From: Candidatus Bathyarchaeota archaeon
GTDB taxonomy: Archaea > Thermoproteota > Bathyarchaeia > Bathyarchaeales > Bathycorpusculaceae
NCBI GenBank assembly: GCA_963717465.1
Contig: OY970340.1
Location: 1,856,001-1,920,000 of the forward strand
Direction of reading: 5' to 3'
Length of the DNA stretch: 64,000 nt
Shown here piece by piece: positions 23,383 through 33,890 of the stretch (positions are counted from its first letter, which is position 1; the number at the start of each line of letters is the position of its first letter). Both the position numbers and the translations under genes were made by a program. The notes under the pieces are model-generated. The model saw only the letters and a list, made by a program, of their open reading frames with translations, ran no database searches and was not told the DNA's origin.

Positions 23383-24233
23383 TTGGCAAGCCAAAAAATA
23401 TGCGAAGGAGATTATGCTATTACTCTATTTAGATTCGCGCACGTACCTATATGATTAAAATAGAGGCTGGAAAAACTTTCCATACCCACAAAGGTTATCT
23501 TAAACTTGACGAGTTCGTAGGTAAAGAATTTGGAGAACCAGTAAAAAGTAGCTTGGGAATAATTTTTACGGCTCTTAAACCCTCGTTAACTGATTTCATA
23601 ATGAAGTCTTCAAGAAACACTCAAATCACGTATCCTAAAGATGCGGCATTAATCGTTATGTTCAGTGGGATTGGTCCTGGTAGTCGAGTGTGCGAATCGG
23701 GCACGGGTACTGGCGCTTTAACAACTGCGCTTGCAAATTATGTTCGACCAAACGGTAAAGTTTACACTTACGAGTTACGACCAGAATTTCAGAAGAATGC
23801 CGCTAAGAATCTTGCGCGATCAAAGCTTCTTGATTTTGTTGAAATGAAACTTGGCGATGTAACTTTGGGAATTGAGGAGCGCGACTTGGATGCTGTGGTG
23901 CTGGATTTGGCAACTCCTTGGCTCGTTGTTCCACATGTACATGAAGCGTTGAAGCCTTCAGGGATTATGGTGTCGTTTAGCCCAACTATTGATCAAGTGG
24001 TTAAGACCACTGAAGCCTTAAAGGAAAGTGGTTTTGTATTTATTGAAACAGTTGAATGCTTGATGCGTGGCATGCAGGTAGAGCGTGGAAAAACTCGCCC
24101 TCAAACTTTAATGACTGGTCATACAGGCTATATTACGCATGCAAGAAAAATCTTGAAGCCTCAGCATGAGGAGTTACCTCAACGAGAAGAATTATCTCAG
24201 TTAGAGGAATCGGTGTCTCAAAATGCTGATTAG
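23383..24233 (+). CDS. trmI: tRNA (adenine57/58-N1)-methyltransferase; N-terminus frameshifted
   Basis: FHTHKG, TQITYPKD, ESGTGTGALT, LDLATPW, FSPTIDQ, TRP..GHTGY. Confidence 0.93.
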
Positions 24234-24349
24234 CTGAGAAGGTCTGCTTTATTTTGATAAATAAGTTATTTAAATTCTGTTTTTGTCTCTGTTTTCAGGT
24301 TGGGCCATGCTGAGCGTCCAAAATGCTTGTTTTAATTGTTCGCCTCTGG

Positions 24350-25870
24350 TTAGCCATAATATGTGCCTGCTATCATGCCGATATATGGAATAGCTACGTT
24401 GTTTACGGCCTTGTAAAGTAGTGGGTTGTGTATTCTGTTTTCGAGGAATGTTGGTTTCCAGATTTTAATGTTGTATTCCCAGCATTTTATGAAAAAGTCC
24501 CAACGAGCTTTTGATAGGGAGTCTATTTCTGCGCCTTTTTTGTGCATTAGTACGCAGTTTTCAAGCGGTACAAAGAAGAGCGGGACGTAAAAGGCGTTGT
24601 AACCTTTCAGTTTATCCATTAATTCGAGAGTTTGTAGTACGTCTTCTTCTTTTTCGTCTGGAAGTCCAATGATTAGTGTAGCTAATGGGTACCAGTCATT
24701 GTCGTTTAGTGTTCCAAAGGCGTTTGTAACGACTTCTTGCCACTGTTCAGGTTTGAAGGGAAGCATTTTTCCTCCCATGTATTTTTTCATTAGCCTGCTG
24801 CTGCCTGTTTCGATTCCAGTTTCAGCGGTAATGATGGCTTTTTTATCGAGTGAGTACCAGCTTTTTTGTATCAAAATTTCTGCTAGCTCTTTGATCATGG
24901 TTGGATCGTGATATACTGGTGCTAAGGACATGTGTGATACTTGAATGCTTTTGACGCCTGGGTGATCTGATACTTTCTTGATTAAGTTTACAACGGCTTT
25001 TTTGTTTGGATTGAAGCTTTTTTCTTTTGCTCCATACAAGAAGATGTCTTCGGTGACTAAGGTTATGTGGTCGCATCCTTCCAGTGTTGATAATGCGACT
25101 TCCTCCATTATTCTCTCAAGGGGTATATCGACTTTATTTTGCACGGTTGGGGTGCAAAACTGGCAGTTTCTTCCACAACCTTTTGAGATTTCTACTGAAC
25201 CATGTATGGCAGCGTGTTTAATCAGTGGCATTGCGCTGTAATTCCATTTGCTTAGTGATTCGTCTGCTTTCACAATTTTAGGAATATGCTCGTTATTAAG
25301 TGCTTTTTTGAAGACGTCAACTATTATGTCTGGTCTTCCACCGGTGATAACATGGTCAATGCCGCAACTTTCCATCACGCCTTTACGGACAAGCTGCCAG
25401 GAGCCGAAACCTCCAACAATAATTTTAGGCTTATATTTTTTGATGCTTGGGTGAGATAGGAGTATTTTGAATTCTACTGCGTTGATTGGTTCTCCGCCGC
25501 CGATTACTGAAGAGTATGTCTTGCTTACGTATCCCATTCCAAGCGGGTCCATAGATGAGATTCCAATAATTTTGGTTTCTGGTCCAACAAAATTTTCAAG
25601 GTCTTTTGGGTGAACCACAGTCACGTCTTTTGTTGAAAATCCATTTTCCAGCAATATTGCTTCGACTTTTCGTAAACCATACGAGGCGTATTTTGCTCTT
25701 CCATCAGGTGTTTGTTCAACTGGTGGGTATAAATTTTTTCTAAAGACTCCTAACGGAATTGGTCCTTTTGCAAATCCTGCAGAGAAAGCCATAAAAGGGT
25801 TATTAAAAAAGTCACTCATTTCTGAAGCTGATGCAGTCAATACTATTTTGACGCCTGATGTCTCTTCCAA
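24350..25870 (-). CDS. Archaeal B12-binding-like radical SAM protein
   Basis: YGLRKVEA, MDPLG, KGCGRNCQFC, GIETGS, IIGLPDE; probable TTG start at 25870; C-terminus may be frameshifted. Confidence 0.87.
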   Translation of the reverse strand: MEETSGVKIVLTASASEMSDFFNNPFMAFSAGFAKGPIPLGVFRKNLYPPVEQTPDGRAKYASYGLRKVEAILLENGFSTKDVTVVHPKDLENFVGPETKIIGISSMDPLGMGYVSKTYSSVIGGGEPINAVEFKILLSHPSIKKYKPKIIVGGFGSWQLVRKGVMESCGIDHVITGGRPDIIVDVFKKALNNEHIPKIVKADESLSKWNYSAMPLIKHAAIHGSVEISKGCGRNCQFCTPTVQNKVDIPLERIMEEVALSTLEGCDHITLVTEDIFLYGAKEKSFNPNKKAVVNLIKKVSDHPGVKSIQVSHMSLAPVYHDPTMIKELAEILIQKSWYSLDKKAIITAETGIETGSSRLMKKYMGGKMLPFKPEQWQEVVTNAFGTLNDNDWYPLATLIIGLPDEKEEDVLQTLELMDKLKGYNAFYVPLFFVPLENCVLMHKKGAEIDSLSKARWDFFIKCWEYNIKIWKPTFLENRIHNPLLYKAVNNVAIPYIGMIAGTYYG

Positions 25871-26095
25871 TCTCTTCCTTCCTTGGTATCGATAGTGAGT
25901 ATTTTCTAGCCCTTTTAAGAATTGCTGTTGGTTGGCGGCTTTCAAGGAGAGCAAGGTACTTTTCGCCCAAAATATTCAGCCTTTTAACCCAGTTAACAAA
26001 ACAAGAACAAATAATATCAGAAAAGGTTTACTCTTGATTTTTGAGTTTATTGGAGCGATTAATAGTAATTACTGGTGTTTTTAATGTTAATATTT

Positions 26096-27073
26096 TTAAT
26101 TATTTCCAAAACCGCTAGCGAAAACAAAAAATGGAAAATTCTGTTGGCCTGAACTTTTCTCTTTTGTGTTTAAATTTTCATTTGAATTCGCATTTGGCTT
26201 GTAAGCTTTTTCTGGTTGAGCACTTTTCAAATCTGTTGATTTTGCCCAGACTAAGTCGAAAAGAGCTACCATGGATTTCACTATTTCTTCATTGTTGGTG
26301 TTCAAGGCTACGTTAGTGACGCCGTTTGTGGTTTTTGCTGTTCCCATGATAATTTCTTTTCGATCGGCAATTAAGAAGCGTGGGAAAATATCGAATTTAT
26401 AATTTGCGGTTCTAATGTCAACATTTTTTTCGTTGCGAAATTTTTCTACTAAGCCGAAAAGTCCGCTTTTGTTTTCAGGTGGTTTTGTAATAATCTTTAT
26501 GTTAAGGCCGCGGTTTGCGCAGTTCTTTAAAAATTTGGCGGTGTCTTCCATGACATTTTGTGCGTTGCTGAAGTCGTCTCCGAAAAATAGGATTTCTGTT
26601 TTTGCTTTTCGGGTCCAGTATCTTGCGGCTGCTTGGATGTTGGTGATTTCTTCTAGGAAACTGCAGACGGGTTCTTCGTCTGTGGATCCGTTTTGGTCGA
26701 TTGCTTTGAAGGCTTCTGATAGTTTTTTCTTATTGTTGAAAAGTAGGGAGAGTTCTGCTTTTTTTGTTTCGATGTTAAATTCTATTAGGTCTTCTATTGA
26801 TGTGGAGATGAAGTATCTTGGTTTTCCAATTGATGACTTAATAATGCCTCTGCTTTCCATTCTTTTGAGGCAGCGGTAAACTTGAACTTTGTGCATTCTT
26901 AATGCTTTTGAGATGTCTTTTGCTTTTTTTCGATTCGATTTTCTTAGTGTAATGTAGATTTTTGCTTCGTCGTCGCTGAATCCTAATTCTTTTAATTCGT
27001 TGAAAATTACGTATTGTGCGTCTGCTTCTTCGTTATTTTTGTCTCTGCCGGTTGTTTCCTTAAGGTCTTGCAT
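26096..27073 (-). CDS. TrmB-family transcriptional regulator
   Basis: LGFSDDEAKIY..VYRCL..GKPRYF; C-terminal IADRKE..FDLVW. Confidence 0.87.
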   Translation of the reverse strand: MQDLKETTGRDKNNEEADAQYVIFNELKELGFSDDEAKIYITLRKSNRKKAKDISKALRMHKVQVYRCLKRMESRGIIKSSIGKPRYFISTSIEDLIEFNIETKKAELSLLFNNKKKLSEAFKAIDQNGSTDEEPVCSFLEEITNIQAAARYWTRKAKTEILFFGDDFSNAQNVMEDTAKFLKNCANRGLNIKIITKPPENKSGLFGLVEKFRNEKNVDIRTANYKFDIFPRFLIADRKEIIMGTAKTTNGVTNVALNTNNEEIVKSMVALFDLVWAKSTDLKSAQPEKAYKPNANSNENLNTKEKSSGQQNFPFFVFASGFGNN

Positions 27074-27246
27074 CGAATCAACGTTTTTGTAGAAGGGTGC
27101 ATTCTTTTAATACTTTATGGTTTTTTCCGATATATTGAAAATTTTCACAATGGTTCTGTTTGAAAGTTTTTTGTTGGCCAGTTAGTTGGCAGGTTGGGTT
27201 AAAACTTGATTTTTGGAAAAAGTTTTTTTTATTTTGTTTTTGGGTT

Positions 27247-27556
27247 TTAGATGAGTTCGATTGTTACGTGGACTTCTTCTGGGAACACGTATGCGCATGA
27301 TTCGTCGCATGACTCTTTCTTCTGAGTCGATGTCGATTAAGCGTTTGTGGATGCGCATTTCCCATCTGTCCCAGGTTGCTGTTCCTTCGCCTGAAGGTGC
27401 TTTTAGTACTGGAACTCTTAGTCGTTTTGTGGGTAATGGTACTGGGCCGTTGATTTTTACGCCTGTTTTCTGGGCGATACTTTTCAGTTCATTGCATACT
27501 TCTTCAAGTTTACTGTAATCTGTGCTTGTGAGGCGTATTCGTGCTTTTCTTACCAT
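27247..27556 (-). CDS. rpsJ: 30S ribosomal protein uS10 (one extra base at 27281-27283)
   Basis: [29 protein letters not shown]; removing one base restores [12 protein letters not shown] (102 aa). Confidence 0.97.
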
Positions 27557-28111
27557 CTTTGCCTATCAATCCTGTGGTTCGCAAATTGTTGTTGGTGTTA
27601 CTTTAGACATTTACTTGGAACATAAAAACCTATCGTCGCGGTTTTTTCTTATGGTCTAGTTATTTGGGGTTTCGTCGTTTGAATCAGCTGGTTTAGTGTT
27701 AATGTTGGGAATCATGGTTTGCGTCGGAGGTCTGAAGCGTTTATTTTCTGTTGGTAGAAGGAACCGTTGGGTGGTTTTGCTTTTTTAGCGTTGCTTCCAT
27801 CATTGTTGCTTCTCGGCGTGTCTTGGTCTATTGATGGGTCAATTTTGCAGGCTTTGTTTATTAATCTGCTTATAGTTCTCGCAATAGAGCACGTGATCCT
27901 GCTCACGGTCATTGGTATTTTGGCATTGCAAGGGTTGAGAGCAAAAAGCAAAGAGATTGCTATGTCCAGAAATGATAGTAAAGGCTGACGCGTACGGAGT
28001 TCATGGTTTATTTCTTGCCTTATCAATGGGACGCGGATTGCTATGAGTTAGTCCTTTGTTTGTGTACGCGAGGCAAAGAGTGGCTGTTTTGAATCGAAGT
28101 TTTGTTTGATT

Positions 28112-28927
28112 TTAAAAGAAACCTTTTTCCCAGAGGTTTTGAAAGTAGCTTTCGCATAGACTTACGATGCTCTTGTTGCATGAAAAGAGTGCGTTTGAAT
28201 CGAAATTTTCTTGTGGTTTAGTGTTAATTACGACTTTTTCTTTGTCAAATATTCCCATTGCAATTAAGGGCTCATCTTTAATAAATTTTACTTGATAATT
28301 CTTGAAAAGGCTTGGGCGCTTATGAGCCATGTTTATTAGTTTTTCTTTTTGGGGGTAACCGATTATGGCTTTGACTTCTATTTTTCTTGTTAACGTTTTA
28401 TCTAAAATTGCCCTGTATTCGTCGGGTGGAAGAACTACCTTATCGGTTGGAATTACAGAATGAATGCTTTTTTTGGCTTCATTGATCATTTTTCTGCTTC
28501 TAATGTGAAATGTTTCTTTGGTGATGATGGTGAATTCGTTTTGGGTGTCTATCTGCTTGTCAAATGTTTTTTCGCCTATTTGTTTAATGAGGCTTGGTAT
28601 TCTTTTTTTTGCTTCAGCTAATTCTTTTTCTCTTTTTTGAATTAGGATATCTGTACATACCTTTAATGGTACTGCTTGGAAACGGTTGGGTTTGCTTACG
28701 ATTCTTTCGGCAAGTTGTAGTTTTTCAAGCTCCGTAGTTACTCGGTAAACGTCTGGTCTTGAGACTTTAGTATGATCCGAGATTGTTTGTGCTGTGTTTA
28801 ATTCTTGTGTTAAGAGGGCTAAGTATATTTTTGCTTGTAGAGCACTCAAGCCAAAATCTATTAGTATGGATATAGGCTCATTGTCATTAGGCATAGCGCT
28901 AACTCGGTTGCATTGATTATTGGACAT
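28112..28927 (-). CDS. TrmB-family transcriptional regulator
   Basis: GLSALQAKIYLAL, VSRPDVYRV, IFDKEKV, YFQNLW; start may be 28894; paralog of 60228..61013. Confidence 0.88.
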   Translation of the reverse strand: MSNNQCNRVSAMPNDNEPISILIDFGLSALQAKIYLALLTQELNTAQTISDHTKVSRPDVYRVTTELEKLQLAERIVSKPNRFQAVPLKVCTDILIQKREKELAEAKKRIPSLIKQIGEKTFDKQIDTQNEFTIITKETFHIRSRKMINEAKKSIHSVIPTDKVVLPPDEYRAILDKTLTRKIEVKAIIGYPQKEKLINMAHKRPSLFKNYQVKFIKDEPLIAMGIFDKEKVVINTKPQENFDSNALFSCNKSIVSLCESYFQNLWEKGFF

Positions 28928-29321
28928 TCGTAATGGTGTTTAATCTTTTAACTATTTTGAATTTTAACAAAAGAACCAAATTATTCGAAATGGATCGCAA
29001 GATGATAGCGTGCCCGTGATTTTATGATGTATTAGTTTTGGCTAGTCTTTTTGGATTGGAGTTTAGGGGAGTGTAGGCGGTTATTTTTTTTAGTTTGTTT
29101 TGAATCATCGTTTGCAATTATTTTTTAATATTTTGTGTTCTGTTTGGCTGTTATCTTTTAGTTTTGATTGGTTTATGTGTGGTGTTTGATTTTTTGAATC
29201 ATTTGTAAAATGTTCAATTCAATTTGTGACTGTTTTTTTGATATAAGATTTGTTTCAGAAGGGTTAAATCGGTGATTGATGCTTTTTTTGAAAGTATTGG
29301 ATGCAATTTCAATAAAGGCCA

Positions 29322-29358
29322 TTGTAAGTGGGTGAACCTCTTACAAGTGTTAATATAA
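29322..29358 (+). promoter_or_regulatory. Inverted repeat TTGTAAG-N11-CTTACAA abutting TATA-like TTAATATA
   Basis: Perfect 7-bp arms at 29322-29328 and 29340-29346, upstream of a wHTH gene. Confidence 0.45.
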
Positions 29359-29480
29359 GGGTAGCTTGATTGAAAAGGGGTCTTTGGTGCCCTGGAATTA
29401 TGGGCGTTATGTTAACATGGGTGGGCTGGGGAAGTGCTCGCTCGATCTTTGAGACTTATTAGATAAGAAAGGGGAGATGG

Positions 29481-29744
29481 GTGTCTGTGCGTAAGCGTGA
29501 TTGGGGAGCTATTACTGTTGATATTTTAGAGGCGACTTTGAAGCCTCAGAAGAAAATGCGGATAATGTATAGGTCTAATTTGAATTTTGAGCGGTTTGAT
29601 AAGTATTTTCAAGATTTGCTTAGCAAGGGTTTTATTGAGAGTTTAAATGATTCAGCAGGTAAGCCTGTTTATGTGGTTTCTGCAAAAGGAAAAACTTTGC
29701 TGGATGCTCTTAGAACGGCTCATGATCTTTTTGATTCCAGCTAA
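29481..29744 (+). CDS. Small archaeal winged-helix protein (HTH_45-like)
   Basis: KRD..I..DIL, RIMYRSNLN, KGK. Confidence 0.87.
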   Translation: MSVRKRDWGAITVDILEATLKPQKKMRIMYRSNLNFERFDKYFQDLLSKGFIESLNDSAGKPVYVVSAKGKTLLDALRTAHDLFDSS

Positions 29745-29787
29745 AGCATGTTTGCGGCTTGTTGTTAAGTTTTTTTTGGTTTTTTGG

Positions 29788-30003
29788 TTAGAGTGGCGTG
29801 TTTTCTTCTGGGAGTGTGTTTGCCCATTCTGGTTCGATTTTGATTTTTTGTGTTTGTTCCTCGTATTTTACTATTCCCTTTTGGGCGAGAAATTTTGAGT
29901 ACTCAATCAGCTTGTGCGCTTCCAGTCCTGTTTTTTTGGTCATTTCTTCTATTGTGTGCCAGGATTGGTCTTTGAGGAATGAAAAGATTTTTTCGGCGCT
30001 CAA
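29788..30003 (-). CDS. Small wHTH-like hypothetical protein
   Basis: WHTIEEMTKKTGL..FLAQKGIV pattern. Confidence 0.6.
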   Translation of the reverse strand: MSAEKIFSFLKDQSWHTIEEMTKKTGLEAHKLIEYSKFLAQKGIVKYEEQTQKIKIEPEWANTLPEENTPL

Positions 30004-30278
30004 TGTTTGATCATCTTCTTAATGGCATTATAGTTTATTTAAATTATATAGAACGGTGAGTAGGGTTTTTGGTTGGTTTGTTTCTGTATTTTTACTCTAA
30101 GTTTTATGGAAGAATAGTATGTCCTTTAAGTGCTATACTTTTGTGCTTTATTTTTGAACTGTACTTTGTGTCCTACTTGTTTTATATGTTTTGAAGAACT
30201 TGTATGTGTTTTCATTGGGTGCATTAAGCTCTTGGTTCATGTATTCGGTCTGCTCCGGTTCCACGGAGGGATAAACTA

Positions 30279-30677
30279 ATGGTAAATAGTAATGAAGCAG
30301 TTGAGGATGTTAAAGTTGAGGCTGTTAAGGCTGAGTGGAAGCAGCTTTGGCGTTGTAAGGTCGATGATAAGGTTAGGGCTGAAGGTGTAGCGGCTCAGCA
30401 TTTCTCTTTGTTGTTTGTGGAGCAGGGCACTGTGGTTGCTGCTACTAGGGATTTTAAGCCTCTTGATCTTAAAGAGATTTTGAGGGCCCATGAATTTGAG
30501 AATGTTGACCGGATAATTGGGCCTCATCTTTCGGAGGGTGGTTGGACGAAGTTTGCGAAGACGGTGTTGAACAAGCAGAGTCGCGCTCGGAATGTGCCGT
30601 GTTCAGAGGTCCGCTCTGATCGTGTGAAGGGTATGCAGCAGAAAAAAGGTGGAAGAGGCTGGCTGCACACGGCGTGA
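30279..30677 (+). CDS. Conserved hypothetical protein
   Basis: GGAGG ribosome-binding site; protein-like motifs DDKVRAEG, ATRDFK, GGWTKFA, GGRGWLH. Confidence 0.75.
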   Translation: MVNSNEAVEDVKVEAVKAEWKQLWRCKVDDKVRAEGVAAQHFSLLFVEQGTVVAATRDFKPLDLKEILRAHEFENVDRIIGPHLSEGGWTKFAKTVLNKQSRARNVPCSEVRSDRVKGMQQKKGGRGWLHTA

Positions 30678-30760
30678 AAGAATTGGACATCAGTTTTTAG
30701 TGCGCTCTAGACTTTTTTGTGCTTAGTGTCTTGTTTGTTTTTTTGGGGAAGTGTTTGTTT

Positions 30761-31150
30761 ATGATTGTGAAAGGTTTGAAGAGTGTAAACAAGAATAGGG
30801 GTAAGTTGGATATTGCGCAGGATATGCTGACGATTGCTTCAAATAAGGCTAGGAAGACCAGGATTATGTATCAGGCTAATTTAAATTGTGTTCAGGTGGA
30901 AAAATACATGAAGGTCCTTTTGAATGAGGGGTTGCTGGCTCGTGACAGTGATGATGGCTCGTATTATTTAACGACTAGAAAAGGACATGAATTTTTGAGG
31001 TTGTATGCTGATTACCTTGAGCGGTACAGGCGGCTTCTTGAGGTAGTTGATGACACCCTTAAGTGTAGGCTTATGTTGGAAAGTATGTGTTTTAACACTA
31101 AGGACGAAATCAATCAATCAAAATTCTTGAAAAGTGCGCTTGGCTTTTAA
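30761..31150 (+). CDS. Winged-helix protein (HTH_45-like) with helical C-terminal extension
   Basis: NRGKLDI..DML, KTRIMYQANLN, YLTTRKG. Confidence 0.87.
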   Translation: MIVKGLKSVNKNRGKLDIAQDMLTIASNKARKTRIMYQANLNCVQVEKYMKVLLNEGLLARDSDDGSYYLTTRKGHEFLRLYADYLERYRRLLEVVDDTLKCRLMLESMCFNTKDEINQSKFLKSALGF

Positions 31151-31274
31151 GTTTAATGGGTTTTTCTGTTTTCTTAATTTCAACGTGCCTTTCCTTGAAA
31201 GTTGGAAGTGTCCACGTTTAGGTGTGAAAATGGGAAGGTTTTGATGTCGGCTGGATAGTTTGATGTGAAATTAT

Positions 31275-31523
31275 GTGTTTTTTAGTGGTAATGGTCGGGA
31301 GAGGGTTAATATTAGGACTCGTTGCTTGAAGAAAGAGAAGACTAATCTTGAGGTTAAAGAATTATTGACCACTGCGGGTATAGATTTTGAAGTGGTAGTC
31401 AATAAGGCTTTGAATGCCTATTTGCCAAAGATTTTTCCTACGTGTCCATTTACTGATGATCTTTGTATTGAGAAAAAACAATGCATTGACTGCGAATCGT
31501 ATTTGCAGACGAAAAATGGCTAA
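31275..31523 (+). CDS. Small hypothetical protein with C-terminal 4-Cys cluster
   Basis: VVNKALNAYL followed by CPF..C..CIDC. Confidence 0.6.
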   Translation: MFFSGNGRERVNIRTRCLKKEKTNLEVKELLTTAGIDFEVVVNKALNAYLPKIFPTCPFTDDLCIEKKQCIDCESYLQTKNG

Positions 31524-31619
31524 CTCTGATGCAAAGCGCAAGCAGCGCAGTAATCTTTCCAGTTGATTGTATTACGGAATTTTAGGGCGCTAATAATTAG
31601 CGTTAAACCATGATGTGCG

Positions 31620-32015
31620 CTAATTTTTTGCTTTTGTCTGCTTTATTGTAGTTTCCATTTCTTTGTAGTCGAAGGGTGCCACGAGAAATTCGATGTTGTC
31701 ATGAGCATTACTGACGTCGTTTTTTGCATTCTGGATCCGTTGGGGTGTTTTCTTTTTTGTTTCTTTAGCAATTTTGGATATGGGTGTTCTGTTTTTTGGT
31801 TTTTTCGGTGTGGTCAGCATATGCGTTTGTGAATCGTATCTGTCCTTGATTGTGGTGTCTTGGCAAAAATTGTGGTAGATCTCTAAGATTGCAGCGTTTG
31901 CTTTGCTGGGTTGAACTGTTTTGTCCTCGTTTTCTTGCAGGGTTTGGGGTTTTTTGTGTAGGGTTTCGAGTCTTGTGAATAGTTTTTCGATGCGTTGTGC
32001 GACGTTGGTTTTCAT
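31620..32015 (-). CDS. Hypothetical protein
   Basis: 131-aa ORF with TATA-like TATAAA about 30 nt upstream. Confidence 0.55.
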   Translation of the reverse strand: MKTNVAQRIEKLFTRLETLHKKPQTLQENEDKTVQPSKANAAILEIYHNFCQDTTIKDRYDSQTHMLTTPKKPKNRTPISKIAKETKKKTPQRIQNAKNDVSNAHDNIEFLVAPFDYKEMETTIKQTKAKN

Positions 32016-32148
32016 GATTCGGTCTGTGTTTTATTCCATTTAATTTGAATTTATACTTATTTTATTCTGAATCTACATCACTAAATCACGTTTATTAGAT
32101 TTTTTAATTGCGAAAAAGCGTGTGCATTGCTTAAAAGGAGTTTGTTGC

Positions 32149-32850
32149 ATGTCGGAAAGAGAGGCGAAGAAAGGTTTTCCTCCATTGCAGGTTATTATTG
32201 CTGCTTTGGATGAGGAAGAAGGCATTGGGCTTACGATAGTTGAGCTGATGAATAATCTTGGTTTTCCGCGTGTGCTTGTTGTTGATGGAAAAAGTGTTGA
32301 TCGAACGGTTGAGGTTGCCAAGGATAATGGTGCTGAAGTTGCTTTTCAGGATGGATTGGGCAAAGGTGATGCGGTGGCGAAGGCGATTGCTTGCCTTGAC
32401 TTGAATGTTGATTATGTTGTTATTACGGATGCTGATTATACGTATCCGGTCGAGTATATTCCGGGGATGATTCAGATTTTAGAAGAAAAGCCCTCGGTGG
32501 GAATGGTGTTAGGAAACAGATTCGATGGTATACGTGACAAGGAGGCTATGCATGATGTGTTTTACTGGGGTAATAGGCTCATTGCTTTTTATCACAACTT
32601 ATTAAACGGTGTTCAATTAAGAGATCCATTGACTGGGCTTCGGGTGGTTCGGGCTGAAATTTTAAGAAGCTGGAAAGTTAAATCCAAAGGTTTCGATGTG
32701 GAAGTAGAGCTTAATCATTATGTGGAGCGTCAAGGTTTTGATATCGTGGAAGTTCCAATTAATTATCGGCCAAGGCTTGGAGAGAAAAAGCTGAGCCTTA
32801 AGAATGGCGCCGAGATTTTAAGGCGTATAATGTTAGAAACAACCTATTAA
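32149..32850 (+). CDS. GT2, dolichol-phosphate hexosyltransferase (DPM1/AglJ-like)
   Basis: Close paralog of 1098..1793: TDADYTYP, DPLTGLRVVR, KSKGFDVE, RLGEKKL. Confidence 0.9.
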   Translation: MSEREAKKGFPPLQVIIAALDEEEGIGLTIVELMNNLGFPRVLVVDGKSVDRTVEVAKDNGAEVAFQDGLGKGDAVAKAIACLDLNVDYVVITDADYTYPVEYIPGMIQILEEKPSVGMVLGNRFDGIRDKEAMHDVFYWGNRLIAFYHNLLNGVQLRDPLTGLRVVRAEILRSWKVKSKGFDVEVELNHYVERQGFDIVEVPINYRPRLGEKKLSLKNGAEILRRIMLETTY

Positions 32851-32898
32851 AAAATAGGATTTTATGCTTGTTATTCACGCTAAGCCTAAAAATTCTAG

Positions 32899-33066
32899 GT
32901 AATCTTCGGAAGAAAGGTCAATATAAAAATTGTGACCGACGAAAACTTTGATGCAGTGCTACGAACAGGCAATATTCTATTAAAAGAAGTCATTGCAAAC
33001 AATGTTGTCGTATGTAACCCTGGGTTGTTTGTGACTATGCTTTGGAGGCAATACATTTGGCGATAG
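32899..33066 (+). pseudogene. Start-less 3' fragment resembling the C-terminus of an archaeal minimal nucleotidyltransferase (MNT)
   Basis: Reads FGRKVNIKIVTDENFDAVLRTGNILLKEVIANNVVVCNPGLFVTMLWRQYIWR*, preceded by an in-frame TAG. Confidence 0.45.
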
Positions 33067-33143
33067 CAATATTGTTTGGTGTCTCAACCAGAAACGTAGT
33101 GTACGTATAATCGAATCAAATCTTAATGTGTGTCGTCGTAAAG

Positions 33144-33181
33144 TTTATATTTCCCACTGTGGGACTTTTTTTGGTGGGAAA
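33144..33181 (+). promoter_or_regulatory. vapBC promoter with palindromic operator
   Basis: TTTATAT then TCCCAC-T-GTGGGA (33152-33164) and a further GTGGGAA just before ATG 33183. Confidence 0.65.
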
Positions 33182-33182
33182 A

Positions 33183-33428
33183 ATGGGTACTGAAGAAGTA
33201 ACTGTTGACAGCAAAGGGCGGGTTCAAATACCCAAAGCGGTTCGAGATAAAGTAGGGTTACAAGTTGGAGGAAAAGCTCGCTTGAAAATAGAGAATGAAA
33301 ACATAGTTATCATGCCTCCGATTTCAGCTGAAGAGTTCATTAAGGAAATGGAGGGTTGTATTAAGGAAGGCGCCCCCGTTATGGATCCGCTGAAATTGAA
33401 GAAGATGTGGGAACCTGTAGAAAAATAA
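33183..33428 (+). CDS. vapB: AbrB/MazE/SpoVT-type antitoxin
   Basis: VDSKGRVQIPKAVRDKVGL..G. Confidence 0.87.
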   Translation: MGTEEVTVDSKGRVQIPKAVRDKVGLQVGGKARLKIENENIVIMPPISAEEFIKEMEGCIKEGAPVMDPLKLKKMWEPVEK

Positions 33429-33440
33429 AAGTGAGCGCGA

Positions 33441-33876
33441 ATGCTGTTCGTGGATTCTAACGTATGGTGTTATTATTTTGATCAGCGCCTTCCTGAACAC
33501 GAATCTGTGCGGGGCGCTATGCGGGAAATCATAAAATCCGAGGAAATAGGCTGTAATACTGTTATAGTCATGGAAGTGGCGCATTACCTTGTCAGGCATT
33601 TCACAGAAAAAATCGCCGCGCAAGAAAATAGAGTACTTCATTAATCTAAGCAACATGCAAATCGCAGACTTTAATCGGCAAACATTGACTGAAACTGTCG
33701 AAAACCTTCTGGCGTACGCGTACGCTGAAGGCTTAGGGGGAAGAGATGCAACAGTAATTGCTACTGTGAAGTTGCAAAAAATAAAGAAAATTGTTTCTCA
33801 CGATGATATATTCAGGCGTCTGGCAAACAAACTGGAATTGGAAGTCATCGACCCCGCCCAGCCAACTGAACCATAG
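33441..33876 (+). CDS. vapC: PIN-domain toxin, frameshift near 33615
   Basis: FVDSNVW, VMEVAH, GRDATV, SHDD across two frames. Confidence 0.87.
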
Positions 33877-33890
33877 TATTCCATGTACAT

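Noticed and set aside
27182..27246. C-terminally extended S10 in the ORF track
   Set aside because: Product of a one-base insertion; the canonical end lies in the adjacent frame.
27712..28026. Overlapping ORFs 27712..28026(-) and 27767..27988(+)
   Set aside because: No recognisable motif; cannot decide whether either is real.
31588..31602. CGCTAAT-A-ATTAGCG inverted repeat between convergent genes
   Set aside because: Single short palindrome with a 1-nt loop and no supporting context.
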